Shown here one piece after another: positions 13,601-27,600 of a DNA stretch of 64,000 nt. The translations under genes were made by a program, and so were the position numbers. The DNA is from Lingula anatina. Taxonomy: Eukaryota; Animalia; Brachiopoda. Numbering within the stretch: position 1 is the stretch's first letter; each line of letters begins with the position of its first letter. The notes below the pieces were generated by a model. It did no database searches. It saw nothing but the letters and a program-made list of their open reading frames with translations, and had not been told where the DNA came from. The DNA lies in assembly GCA_051362555.1 (NCBI GenBank), contig CM120641.1:25178401-25242400 (forward strand). The letters are read 5' to 3'.

Positions 13601-16600
13601 CACTTCTAACCACCGTCACAGCAGAGGATCCAGACCAGAATCAGAATATCACATACAAATTGCTTGGCAGTGACAGTGAGAACTTCCTGATAAATAACTA
13701 TGGTCAAGTGTTTAGTTCGTCATCTCTGAACTTCTCAGATAGTGTTGTTCACACAGTCAATTTAACAGTCCAGGTAACAGATGGGATATGGACATCCCAT
13801 GCATCACTTAAAATCCACATTGTAGCAAACGAGTTGAAAATTGAAGTTTCTGAAGGTACTCCAAATGAAAGTATTGTACATTCCAATTTATGCAGCCAGG
13901 AATTCTTACTTAATGGAACATGCAGCATTGCTGGAATGGACTCTACTTTTGGACTGGGTGTTGATAAGAACTTGATGTTGCAAAGATCATTAGACTTTGA
14001 ATCAAAGGAAGACTATGACCTAATGTTAACTGCAGTGACAGGGTACACAACCTGGACATTACCAATACGTGTTCACGTGTCAGACACCAATGATGAAATC
14101 CCTCTGTTTCAGAATGAGGCCCATTTCTTTGGAATTGTCAGCAATTCATCACTTCCAAATATGACAATTTTCAATATCAATGCCAGTGACCCAGACACTG
14201 TTGGTTCAACACTGGAGTTCAGCCTTGATGACCTTGGTGCAGAGTATTTCCAAATCTCTCACTGTGGACAATTGCAGACCATGAGCTCTTTTCCACTGCA
14301 GCTTCAAGCTCCGTTTCATTTTGTCTACTTCTCCATATCCGTCACAGATGGGATCCATGTCACCACAACTAGGGCTAGGGTTCTCATTTCTGCTGACTCA
14401 TGGCAGGTGGCAGCTGCTGAAAATGACACAGAAAATAACTGGGTACTGCAAAACTTATGTGGAAACCTGAACACATATGGTGGATCTTGCTCAGTGACCT
14501 CAGATCCAGAAATACCAGGATTGTTGTACAATGCCTCTGAAAACAGCTTGCATCTCAACACAAGATTGGATGCCAGGATTCAAGATGTCTATGAGATGAA
14601 GGTTCAGGCCTCTTTGGTACCATTTGGAACCATCACAGTTTCAATATCAATCAACGTAATTGATGTAAATGACCATGTACCCCAGTTCACCGAGGACTCT
14701 TATTCTGCTGTCCTTCATAATGGTGCTTATGAAAACACTGTCATTTTAACTTTAGAAGCTAAAGATGGTGATCTTGGGAATAACTCAAATATAGAGTACA
14801 CAATTACCTCGAACCCCTTCACAATCTTTGGCATTAACAGTGCTGGGTGGCTTTACACCAATAGAAGGCTAGATATAGCGAGTGCCCTGCCTGATTTGAA
14901 TGATCTCATAGCATACACAGCACAGGTAACAGTGGAAGCTAGAGACTTGGGAATACCCCCCAAATATAGTAGCACTTTAGTGGATGTCCTATTTCTTAAT
15001 GATGAATTTGCGATCGACATAACAGAAAATGTGTATGATATACCGTTTGGGAATATTAGTGTTCCTGCATTGAGAAATATAGGACTTGTTGGAGCACCTG
15101 CTGGTATTAGTGCAAATTTGACACACCTTTGGCTGTCAGAAGGGTTGGATTACGAGCAGAGCTCAAGCCTTCACTTCAGCCTCAATCTGTCACTGGGTCA
15201 GAGCAACTACATCGTACCTGCTACAGTGCATGTCATTAATGTGAACGATGAACCTCCAGAGTTTGGTGAAAGCATATATCACTTTACTGTTCCAGATGGC
15301 GCCAGGTACTATACATTGATAAATTTAACCACAGCCACTGACAGGGATACAACAGACATAACATATTCCCTAAGAGATGTTGAGGATGAGGTATCTGGTG
15401 GGATGTCAGTTAGTGGACTGTTTTTGGTTAATGAAAAAACTGGAGCACTGTACACGGATGGTCAAATAAGCTACAAAAAACTTCTTAAAGAGAAGCGTTT
15501 TAAGTCCGAAAATGATTCCTACCTTGAGTTTATGATCGAAGCTACTGATGGGGTATTCACAGCAAATGCTACAATAAGGGTGACTGTTTTGAAATATGAT
15601 CCTAGTGTAGTTAACTTGTATAACACTACCACAGCTTTCTTACTAGAAGGAAATTACAGCAGCTCTTTATTCTTAGTCACCGATGAGGCAACTCAAGCAA
15701 ATTATTCTGACTTCAAGTTTCAAGTGACTGCAAAGCAAGAAGAGCTGATGTTCTTTATTAATGAGACAACAGTAAGTATTTCATTTTATTTTCTTCCATC
15801 TTCATAGGAACATAAACTATTTTGAATTTTGATATTTTAAAACTGCAAAACTTATTGGCAAAATTTTATTTCTTCTTAGTTAACATGTGATGTTTAATAT
15901 TATTTTCAAAAGCCAAAAAAATTGCTATACTAATCAAAATATCAGAATGTAAAGCATCTAGGTTAAATCATAGTAAATTTTTGCTATAACAAATCTTAAT
16001 TTGACTAAATTTTTGTTCACAAATTTAACGCTGCATGATTTCTTTTAAATAAAAAAAGGAATAAGAATTTTTTCATAAGTTTTAATGTATATAAGTGAAT
16101 AAATAATAATTTCTGTGCAGCACTTTATGGGGTTAACAGTTATTTATCTTGACTTATTGATGATATTTTCAGTATGTAGTTATGATTATCTTTTTCATAA
16201 AAAAGAATTAACCCACTTCTTTTTCAGGGTTTCATTTATACAAACCAAACATTTGACCGGGAACAAGATGACAACTACATAGTCTACGTAATGGCTTTAG
16301 AACAAGGTCTAGACAGTTGCCAAGCAGCGGTGAGTGTACACGGGGAGTAAATTTTTTATCACTGGGAGATCACAGTGCCCTCTTACAGCTTTATATGCAC
16401 CTCCCTTTATATTGATATGAGGCCAGAGGAGCTTTAATTTTATAAAGTGCTGTAGGTTTCAGAATAAGAAGTGTAACTGGTATAAAATGCAAGAAAAAGA
16501 TTGATGTAAGAGATCGTGTACATGAAGAGCATATCCTGCACTTGACCAGTCTTTTTGTTTACTGTAAGGGACCATTCCCTTATTGTACTAACTGTGGATC

Positions 16601-19600
16601 AATCTATCTCAGACTCAGAGGATATTCTCGCTAAATTGCTATCTACTTAGAGGCTTAAATGTCTGTCTTGCCTACTAAAGCTGCTAGGGGGTAACTAACT
16701 ATTGTTTAGCAGCTTCAGTAGACATGCCATTTAAGCTGAAAGCAATTTAATGAGAAACCCCTTAGAGATGGACCGATCCTGTTAGATCAATCTAGGCATG
16801 GGAACCCAGTCTAAGTGCTGGCTTAATTTTATGAGTACATAGTGTACATTTTGCATTTAAAAAAAAAAAAATTTACCTGTGGCATAGCCAAACAGGTCTG
16901 CAGGCATACATAGATTCAATCCTCTACTTGACAATTTTCTCACATTCTGCAACCACAGTTTCCATTAGTTTAATTAAGCTTGTTCAATTTAAAATGTATA
17001 TCTCTAGATGTTTTTTTTTTTCATTCTTGTTTAAATGATCTATATTTTATTAGACATGCATGTTCCCATGTCAAACATTTAATTAAGGCTAAATGACAAG
17101 ATAAGATCTGTAATTTACTGCTATCCACCAATTTTGAAAGTGAGAGAACTTTTGGTCTCATTTTGCAGTAGAGGCTTATGTTAGTACCCAGTATTTGGGA
17201 ATCTGTGATTGTATTTTCTATAATGTGTATTAAGTTTGGTGGAGAACACAATGTACAACAACCACCATTTGTAATGACATCTGTTTAAAAAATTTTAAAT
17301 CTCCATTTCCAGGTTATAGCCATTGTAAACATCACTATCACTGATGTTAATGACAACCCACCTGTTTTCACATCTCAAACTTATGAAGGTCGTGTGAGTG
17401 AAAACACGACTAGCGCTGAAGTGCAGTTTCAGGTAGAAATATTTCATATACACTTGTTTACAATAAGACTGATGTTTAAGAATGCAAATGACTGAGTGAT
17501 ATTATTTGGAAAAAAAAAGGGCCAACCTTTTGCATTATGGACTTTTAAAATTATATTTTGAATATTTTTGTCTTTAATATGATCAATTATACAAATAATT
17601 TGCTTGTATAGAATATGCATATTTTTTTTTTTTTTTTGCTTTATAAAATAATCTTTTATGTGTTTGGTTTCTTCTTGTATTTATAGGCACAAGATTTTGA
17701 GAAAAGAAAACCATTTGATTATTTAATTATACGTCCATCTATTACCTGTATATGTTTCTGTGTTATCTACGTAAATGTATTACTTTTGCAGATGCCCATT
17801 AATGCACCAGACAAGGATATTGGATCAAATGCTTTGATATACTATGAACTACTAAATGGAACAGATGCCTTTCAAATTGACAACACAACAGGGAAAATGT
17901 ACACGAGTGGGAAATTGGACAGGGAAGAGACTGGTTTTTACATAGTCATGATTTCTGCATCAGATGGGACATACAATGACACAGCAACAGTTAACATAAC
18001 ATTGGTTGATGTAAATGACAACGCCCCTGAATTTAATGTGACAAACTATACATTTTATGTATCAGAAGACCATTCTTTGGACAAATCCATTGGTCAAGTT
18101 TCAGCCACAGACAGGGACATCAATATTTTACCACTTACCTACCATATTGAAAATGACAGCAATAAAAAATTTATCATGAAACGCCCATTTACTTCTGGTG
18201 TAATTTGGATTTACAGGACTCTAGATCGAGAGGGACTTCAGAATGACAGAATTGAGTTTCTAGTTATTGCGGAAGATTCAAGTTCAGACTGTTCCACATC
18301 ACATACATGTCATTCATCCACTGCCACAGTCACAGTCATTGTCAGTGATGTCAATGATAATTCTCCAGAATTTGGCAAGAACATACATGTGGATGTGTCG
18401 GAGAACTATACAGGCCCACTCACTCAAGTACATGCAACAGATCCTGATGCAGGGGAAAATGGCACTGTTACTTACTGGCTAGGTGACCATGACAAATCTA
18501 GATTTTCTATCGATAATACTACAGGGAATATTACATTGGATCAATCATTTGACTTCGAAGATGGGAACCCTAATTTTATCCGACTCACTGTGTATGCCAG
18601 GGACAATGGCAAATCCTGTCAGAGCAGTGGTAGTTGCAATGACACAATGGAGGTGATGATCACCATCAAGGATATTAATGACAATCCACCTGTGTTTTTG
18701 ATTCAAAACATAGCTCTATCATTACCAGATGAAGGCAGACTTGTAATACCCATGATGGCTTTTGATAGAGACTCAAAAGAAAATGGTGATATTACATACT
18801 CTTTTCCCAATTACCCAAATAATACCTTGAGGCAATTCTTTGATGTTTCAAACTCTGGAATAATTTCATCTATTAAGAATATTGATATACAATTAGACAC
18901 AAACAATCGTGTGCTCACAGTGATGGCAAAAGATAATGGTTCCAAACCTCTCTCAGGATTTGCAGCAATAACATTTTTTGGTCAAAGCGAAGAGACACCT
19001 TGTAAACTAAACAACCGAAGTTATGTCAGCAGTATAACAGAGGAACAGCATTATCCATGGCCAGTGATAAGTTTAACTTACAACAAGTCTAGTGAGGAAG
19101 AAAAATGCATTTTTACTCTCTCTTGTCCCCAAGATGCACCGTTCTTGGTGATAAATTCCACAACAGGAGAAATTGGTTTGAGGAATGGGTCACTGGATAG
19201 AGAAGAACTGGATAACTTTCTCAAAAGCACTTGGGATGGCAAGACTTTGTCGTGCATTGTATCTTTCTATGTTCCTGATAAACCAAGAAGTACAGCAGAG
19301 GCAAGTGCAGTATATTATGAAATAAACTGTTCTATTCATTATGATTTTATAACTTTTTCTCATTTTTAAGTTTATTTTTCCATGTGTTGGATATTTTCAA
19401 TTATATTAACTTGTCTAGCATAGGATTTGCACTTATCTCCATTGGGACTGTGATTTAATAGTATATATATGATTGTCAGCATTGCTGTCTAATTTTTTTT
19501 TTCATGTGTCACTTGCTTGCCAATTATCTTACATGATCAGTCTGAATATGATAAAATTTAGTGAGTCCTACTGTCAATTCCACATATTTAAATTAAAAAA

Positions 19601-22546
19601 TGATGGGTTTGTTTCTCAGTATCAATAAGGGGTTAGTTGTATGTACATTAAAATAAAAATCATTATATTAAATTTTTTAAAAGTCTTGCTGCCGAATTTT
19701 GGTATTTTAATATTGTTCTCCAAATCATATTTCTGGTTTGACTGAATTTTGGTGGCTGTCAAACTAAGACATATGCATATTCAAAATGAAAGCAGATTTT
19801 CATAGAAATATCAGCAATCATGATTTAAGTCAAACTTACAAAGTATTTCATTGATCTTCATTTAATGAAATAGTTTAAGTGAACACTGTTGAAATTTTAA
19901 ATAATATTTTTCTGCCTTTGAGTTATAAAAAACATCTTTAAATCTACTTCATTCATTCTTTCCTTTCTTTTTTTCTTGCTTTCCTTTTTTGTAAAGGCAG
20001 CATGATTGTGAGCATTGCTGTCTAAATTTTCACTACTAAGTTCTTGTTAATAAAGGGTAACATTTTCCTAGGCCTACCTTTACTTATTCACTTTTTTATT
20101 ACATATATTAGGTACAAGTTAATATAAAGGACATCAATGACAATTCTCCAGTATTCACTAGTCTAAGCATAAATGTGAATGTGGATGTGAATGAGACTTA
20201 CACTGGGCACATAGGCTCTGTCACAGCTGAAGATACAGACACTGGACTCAATCAAGTTATAAGATACAATATCAGTGTACAGTATCCTCCAGGTATAGTA
20301 GTTCAGACTGTGATTTAATAGTAGGCTTGGTAGAGAAAAGGCAGGATTTCCTACTCCATACTTTTTAGCAGCAACATTCAGTCTTTGAGAATACTAAAGA
20401 AATAATATTCAAGTTTCACTATGAGTTTTATGTGTTGGACTGGGCTGAAATTGATTTTCCTTCAACAAAGTTTAATTGTTGTTATCATGGCATGTCATGC
20501 TATGGTTTCCATTAATTAAATTTCCAGTTATGTTGAAAGAGATAAGTTAGCTCCCACATGTCTATAAATCTTTTATAGGTCACTTCAGCATCAATTCAAC
20601 CACTGGAGTGGTGGAAGTCATCAAACCATTTGACAGAGACAGTATGGATAATCCTAAGGTGATGTTCACTGTGTTGGTAAGTTTTCAAACTTAACAGTCA
20701 GATCTGGATGACAAATTATGCCAGTCAATCACATTAGATTTGAAAATGGGAGTGATACAGCAGAGAAACTGGGTTAAAAGAATAATATATGTTTTGATAA
20801 CTGCAATGATAAAAAGTTACTCTGCTTGTAGTCATTCGTATTCATGCAAACTCTGAATCAAATAGGTTGACCCTGTTTTGTATCATATGTATACATTTAT
20901 ATGATAAGCCATTCCTGGTTTTGACATGAAAATTGCTGATATTTACAGAATTTTTTCTTCTTCCATTTCATTTGTTTGAATCAGTTCTTAATTGTTTGTT
21001 TGATGTTTGTATTCATGTACACTTTGCTTGACTAGTCAGACATATGGATTAGACATTTTTTGTTTTGATATTTTACCCATTAAGGCCATTGATGGTGGGA
21101 ACAGGAGCAGCAGCAAAAATGTATCTCTGGAAATCCAAGACATCAATGACATAGCTCCGGTGATCTTCTGTGTTAGTTGTAATGGATCTCACATTGAACT
21201 GAAAGAGAATACAACAGATGAAAGCATAGTAGGTTGGATATGTCATAAAACACAAACACTTAGATCATAAATAGCATTTGCTAGTGATAAAAAGTTTGGA
21301 AAGAAAAAGTAATTTATTTTCAAATTCGATTGAAATATACGTGCAGATGGGGAAACATTCTTGAAGTCAGTACCGCAAGATCCTACATTTACTACCGTCA
21401 TTAAATCAAAAGATCTGCAGGATCGACTGCCCAGACTTCTTGCCGCCAAATACCATGCGCTGTCAAAATCTGACAAACACATGTGAGCTATTCACCAACA
21501 TGGAAAACTGATTTGTCGACAATAAAAGTGATGCCTTCCTTATCTCCTGGAAGCAACTTAAAGGGCGGTGAAAAGTGGAGCTTCACAGAGAGTCCCACTG
21601 GGTATTTAGGTTACCCTTGAGTCACTTTTTATTTCTCCCAGATGCATGAAGCCTCGATATTATTTAGCGTAATCCATGAAGAACTCTATTCCTGAACTGG
21701 GACTGTCTTCATTAACATGTGGTATGTGCTAGGTATGCTGGAGCAGACCAGATCAGACCAGTTTCTCATTTCTGCATTTGCTTATTTCTTACATCAAATT
21801 ATAAATGCATCTGTTTTAATTTTGAAAAGTATGGCAATTACATATATAGATCTTAACAGTAAGGAGAAGTTGGAATTATTGTACAAAATAATATTTGGAA
21901 ACAACTTTTATATTGAAAAATGTAACTGAAAAAATGTGTAGAGATATTTGAATAATTAAAATTATCCTGTAAAATTGAGTTCTTTCAAAGAATGATACTT
22001 CAGCTGCAGAAAGAGCTCAGCTAGTGTTTTATGTTAAAAATGAATGTCTTAGTATAATATCAATTCATGAATATAACTTTTTAGAAATAAGATAATTGTA
22101 TTCTTTTTGTCTTTTTGGTTTTATTATTTTTCAATAAAACAATTTGAATTGCATTATTAATATTATTTTTATTGTTGTTGCTATTATTGATGTTGTTATT
22201 GTTGTTGTAGCTTCTGGTTGTTGACAGTTTTGACAATGACACTACACAAGGAGAAGTGACATATTTCCTGGATACAGTCGCTGTAGGAAGGGGTTTTGTT
22301 ATTGATGGTAAATATTGTAACAGTTGTTTCTGATTTGCTATCTGGTATACTAGCTGGCACACTTAAAAAGATGATGCAAGACTCTTTTTTTAACCATGAA
22401 CAAAATTGATACCTAGACCTAGACCAGCAGTAGGTGGTTGTACAGTACATGTATTTAAGAGAGAGGCTGGGGGTGTTCCACCCTTGAAAAAAGCACCTGT
22501 CTGGTACTGTATGTACATACCCCCCCTCGAGATCCACACACACACA

Positions 22547-22586
<40 letters not shown>

Positions 22587-24555
22587 ATATATATGTACAT
22601 TGTGTTAATATAGTTTGGGAAGTGTAACGGATTAAATGAAAAATTGCTAAAACACTTGAATAATTAGAATTTTAATAAACAAGGGAATTGATGTTCCTTT
22701 TGTATTTACAACTTCAGGTGTAACAGGGGAGCTGACTATGACCAACAACACATTTGATTATGAAAATGACTTGGAACACTTTTTTAACATCACAGTTTAT
22801 GCAAGTGATGGTGTAAATGTGGCTCAGATGGAGTTTGCTTTGACACTGGTGGACATCAATGATAATGCTCCCATCTTTAACCAGACACACTATGGGTTTA
22901 CAGTGCCAGCAGCAGCAAAAGCAGGATACAGAATTGACAGTGTATATGCTGAAGACATGGACAGCCAGTCTTACGTCACATACAGTATATCAGATACAGG
23001 TAAGTTGACCTTCAGATACAGTATATCGATCAGATACAGCCAAGTTTCAATCCATGTACAGTATATCAGAAACAGGTAAGTTGCAATACAGATACAGTAT
23101 ATCTAAGTCAGGCAAGTCTCAATTCACAAATATCAGAAGCCAAAAAATTTTGCTAAGGGATACCAGACAGCGTACTGTATATGTGATCATGGCAATTTGG
23201 ACTCATTTTACATGGAGTGTTTTAGATACAGGCAAGTCTCATCTCACATACAAATACCACAGTGTATTACAATCCCTTATTTACTTCCATTGTATCATAC
23301 AGGGCATCAGATACATGCAAGTCTTACGTACATACCAGTACTGTCTGTATATTAGATACATCACATACTACATCACAGACTGGGTTTGTTATTATTTCAG
23401 TTAAAGTATAAACTAAAACTCTTTACACAACATACTGGTATTATTTGATATTAAAGTGAATGTTGTAATAAATTGATATATTTCATTTCTAGTCTCCTTT
23501 GTCATCAATTCTTCGACTGGTCTCATAACCAGGGCAGGGTCAGCTTGCATCTATGGTAATGTGACTTTCACTGTCTCTGCAACAGATGGAAAATATACTT
23601 CTGCAGCTGAAGTGAGCATATTTTTATTATTTTTTTTGTTTGAATATTTTATATTTTTGGAAACTTATGCCATATATGCATGTATAAGTGTGTGATTACA
23701 TCTTTTTTTTTAAAGTTAAAAAGACATTCAGGGGCGGATCCAGAGCTATATACTGACAGTCTTCCAAATTATCTTTGTTGATTCATCCTCCAATTTTGAC
23801 CGTCTTCCAACATTAAAAATTGGATACCCGTCAATGTAAACTTGAAAATCTGACCGTCTTCTGGAAGACCCAGAAGACGGCCTAAATCCGCCCCTGACAT
23901 TTGTAAGCTTCCTGAAAAAGAGCATTCAGGTTTATAGTAGTGTCAGTTTTTGGGAATACTAATATAAGATGTATAATAGTTGCAAGAGATGTAATTTGGT
24001 AAATATAATTTCATGGAATCAACCCATATATGTATCATTTCATAAACATGGTTATTGTAATAATAATTTAGAATTTTATGAGTGTTTATATGCATGCAGT
24101 AAAATGTTGCATACTTTATTTTGATCTTGAAATATTTTCCCATCATGTTGGTCATTTCCAGGTTGTAATCAGTGTGACCTCAGAAAATGCCTATCCTCCA
24201 GTGTTTAACCAGTCAGTTTACAGCTTCACACTGGACAGAATAGAGGTGCACAATGATATTGATCTCATACGTTCAAATATGACTCTCAAGGCAACAGATG
24301 ATGATAATCAGGAAAGGTGCATCAGTTCTGTGGCCAGTGGAAATGGAGTTGTGACCTACAAATTTTTGGTTTATGGTAATTCGATTTAGAAGTTATAGTT
24401 ACAACTGAAATTTATTTGAATTGTTACTAATACTAGTTAATACACTAAAATTTAATATATTTAATTTTTTTGTAATTCATTTAGTAATTATTAGTAATTC
24501 ATGTACCCATGTAATTTTGTTATTAGAAAATAAACAACAGTTTTTGAATAATAAG

Positions 24556-24625
<70 letters not shown>

Positions 24626-27600
24626 TAAGGAACCATTCATTAAGAAATGAATAGATTTCTCTTACAGTATGCATTTTGTTAAAAATACTGTACAATAATC
24701 ATGTATTTTCTTTCGTTTCAGATATATTTTATTTTACAGAATCTGGATCTATTTTAATTCTTAAGGACAAGTTCTTGGAGTATGACAAGCCCACAGTATC
24801 ATTGACAGTTGTGGCCACTGACAATGCTATAAAGAACAGAAAGACAGGGACCACCACTTTAGTCATAAAAATAAGCAACCAGAAGCCGGTCTTCAATGAC
24901 AGTCAGCAAATGGTGACTTTATCAGCAGATGCAGTGAGTAACTGACCTCAGTTATGTACACTGTTCTATGTGTCATATACACATGTAAACTCATGCAAGC
25001 ACTCATGCATGTGTAGATAAACAGATTTTATGTACAGATGCATATACACAGGTGCTGTCTTGAGTAAAAAAATGAAATAAAGATATGAATATTTTATAAC
25101 CTGCACATATTTAACATGTATAAATGTAAATGGCAGTATATTGACTATAGATTGGATTTATTTGTGGAATCAAATTTAATTTTCCAGTTTTTAAAAAAAT
25201 TCTTGCATTCAGTGGGTTTTGCTAAAGAGTTAAATCATACTATTACTTCTTTGTCATAATTTCTGATTTAGGCACCGTTCACATGAAAAATCCAAAAATC
25301 CATTGGCGGTATCTAGTGATCACGGTCTGTGCCCTGATACTCGCAGTGTAATTAACTAGCAGAGCGAGCAAGTTTCTTCCAAAGCTGTAATTAAATCATG
25401 GTTGCACTGGATTCTGATTCTGACACCTGAACGCATGCACAGTAGTATCTCTAAACTGTGGAGTTCATCAGTTTGCACTCATATCTGTCATGTGTATATG
25501 GACCTTATCTTCTTCGTATTGTTGTTGCACAAAATCCACAAACACATTTTTCAAAGCAACTGCAACTGCCGTTTTCTTTCTCTCTAACTTATTACTACAA
25601 GTCATATTGCTTATATAAAATGAAGAAAATAAGTAAAGTAAAAATTTTTGAAAACTTAATTAATTATTTTCAGGATGTAAACAGTAGTGTGACAGAAATT
25701 GAGGCAGTGGATAAGGATGAGAATTCAACCACATTCTACAGCATTGTTAGAGGGGATAGCGATTATTTTAAAATAGACAAGTACACTGGTATTTTACAGT
25801 TGAAGAAGAAGCTACCTCAAAGCAATAATGACTCGTATATGAATGTAAGTTGACTACAATAACCATCTCTGGCTATATGTTGTCCGTAATGCACCAATAA
25901 ATCACAGAAAAAATGTCACCAAACCTTAAGCACATGCTAAGACCAGAAAATATTTCACTAAAGCTTAAGTTTAAAGGGAAATTCTGTGGAATTTTCCCAC
26001 CAAAATTGAATTTCCTGGGTAAATGTAAGCAATTTTCTCCTACTCATATCTGCCCAGATCATTTCAGGCATGTACAATGGGAGACATGTCTGGTCTAAAG
26101 AAAAAGACTGGATCTATTCCTGCTGCTGGTATGCTTGTGCCATCCTTGCAGTATGGGGATGGGCATTGTCTGCTGCTGCAGTAGGGGCATAGGGTTAGGT
26201 ATTGATGCATGAATGGAAAAATCACCAAAAGTTTTGTCAAGAAATTGCCACTTATGCCCGCCAAAACCATAACACTGTGCACATGGCAATAACCAATGAC
26301 ATGAAACCTGTCTGGATCATACAGCCATGGCATAATGTCAAAATTGAATTCAGTACCCAAAACTTGGTTTTCTGATTTCAGTGTCCACTAGCATTGATTG
26401 CAGACAACTGAATTATGCAAGATTTTGTCCAAAATTGTGTCCTGATGAGATGTGTGAAAGTCAAAATATTGTCTGGAATCACTAAACCGTATTAGCCTTT
26501 TTCATCTTTTCCGGAAATTGAAATTGCATTGTGGGTAGGGGAGCCCTGCTACGTCGAAACACTTACAGCGGTGCTAAAAACCATGGCTGGGTTTACGTGC
26601 TTTTTGTCCCGCTACTTCAATAACAGTAAGCGAGATCGACACATGAGGTTTAATAAGTTCCCAACAAACCCGTTAGAATGAAAAATATGGTAGAAAGAAA
26701 GGAAAATATAGCAGGTTTATATCAAAAGCAGGGCACCGCGTTTGCGCTGAACATTTCGAAGGCGGGAAGAAAAACTATAATATTAGGAGATCAACAGTGC
26801 TTTAATAAAAAACAGAAATGCTTAGTTAAACAATGGATATAACGAACTATCGGCAAATAGAACTCGGGGGTAAAAAATGCGAGAAAAAAAAAACATTATA
26901 AAGATTTGAAGAAAAAAATGAAAAATAGGCCGGGGCCTAAAAATTAAGAAAAGACTTCAAGCATGAGATTATGGAAAAAGAAAGTAAAAGCTGTGAAGTT
27001 TTACACGGGGATTCTACTTACAAAAAATTCAAGAACTTTCACGCCTTTTTGTGTAACAACAAAGAGAAGGTTTGAAAAGTTTTGTATGTAATATCCTTTT
27101 TGTGTGTGTTTTATTGATAAGTGATCATTTTAAATGTTGTAGGCCCATCACAGGTTTTAGTCTCTAATAACCCTTAGCAGGGTGGGTTCTATTTTTTTAA
27201 CGTGATACGTTAATAAAATTTTTATTAGTATGTATTCAGTCCCGTATACGTATTACTGATTTGTACAAACGGGGCTCATATTATCAAGATCAACAGAGAC
27301 ATACGAAGAAGAAAGTACATCGGCTCTTGTTGAACCCGTTATCGGCGAAATAAAAAGTTATTTATTTCTGAACTCAATGACAAGAGAATTGGAAAATACA
27401 AAAAATGCAGAAAAGCCTTTCTGTAAGCTACACGTACATAATACATGTATGGTAAAGACAAAATGGATAATAAACATAATCCAACAACGTATTTGTAAAG
27501 TAATACAAATATGCTTAGTATTAAAGTAGGCCTACGTATATCTAACTGTCTTAGATAGTTGAAAAGTATGGAATGTGTGGGAAACACTTTATTTGAATTA

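Noticed and set aside
21229-21236. Alternative donor TAG|GTTGGA at 21233
   Set aside because: Phase 1 gives a stop early in the next exon; the 21229 donor keeps the frame.
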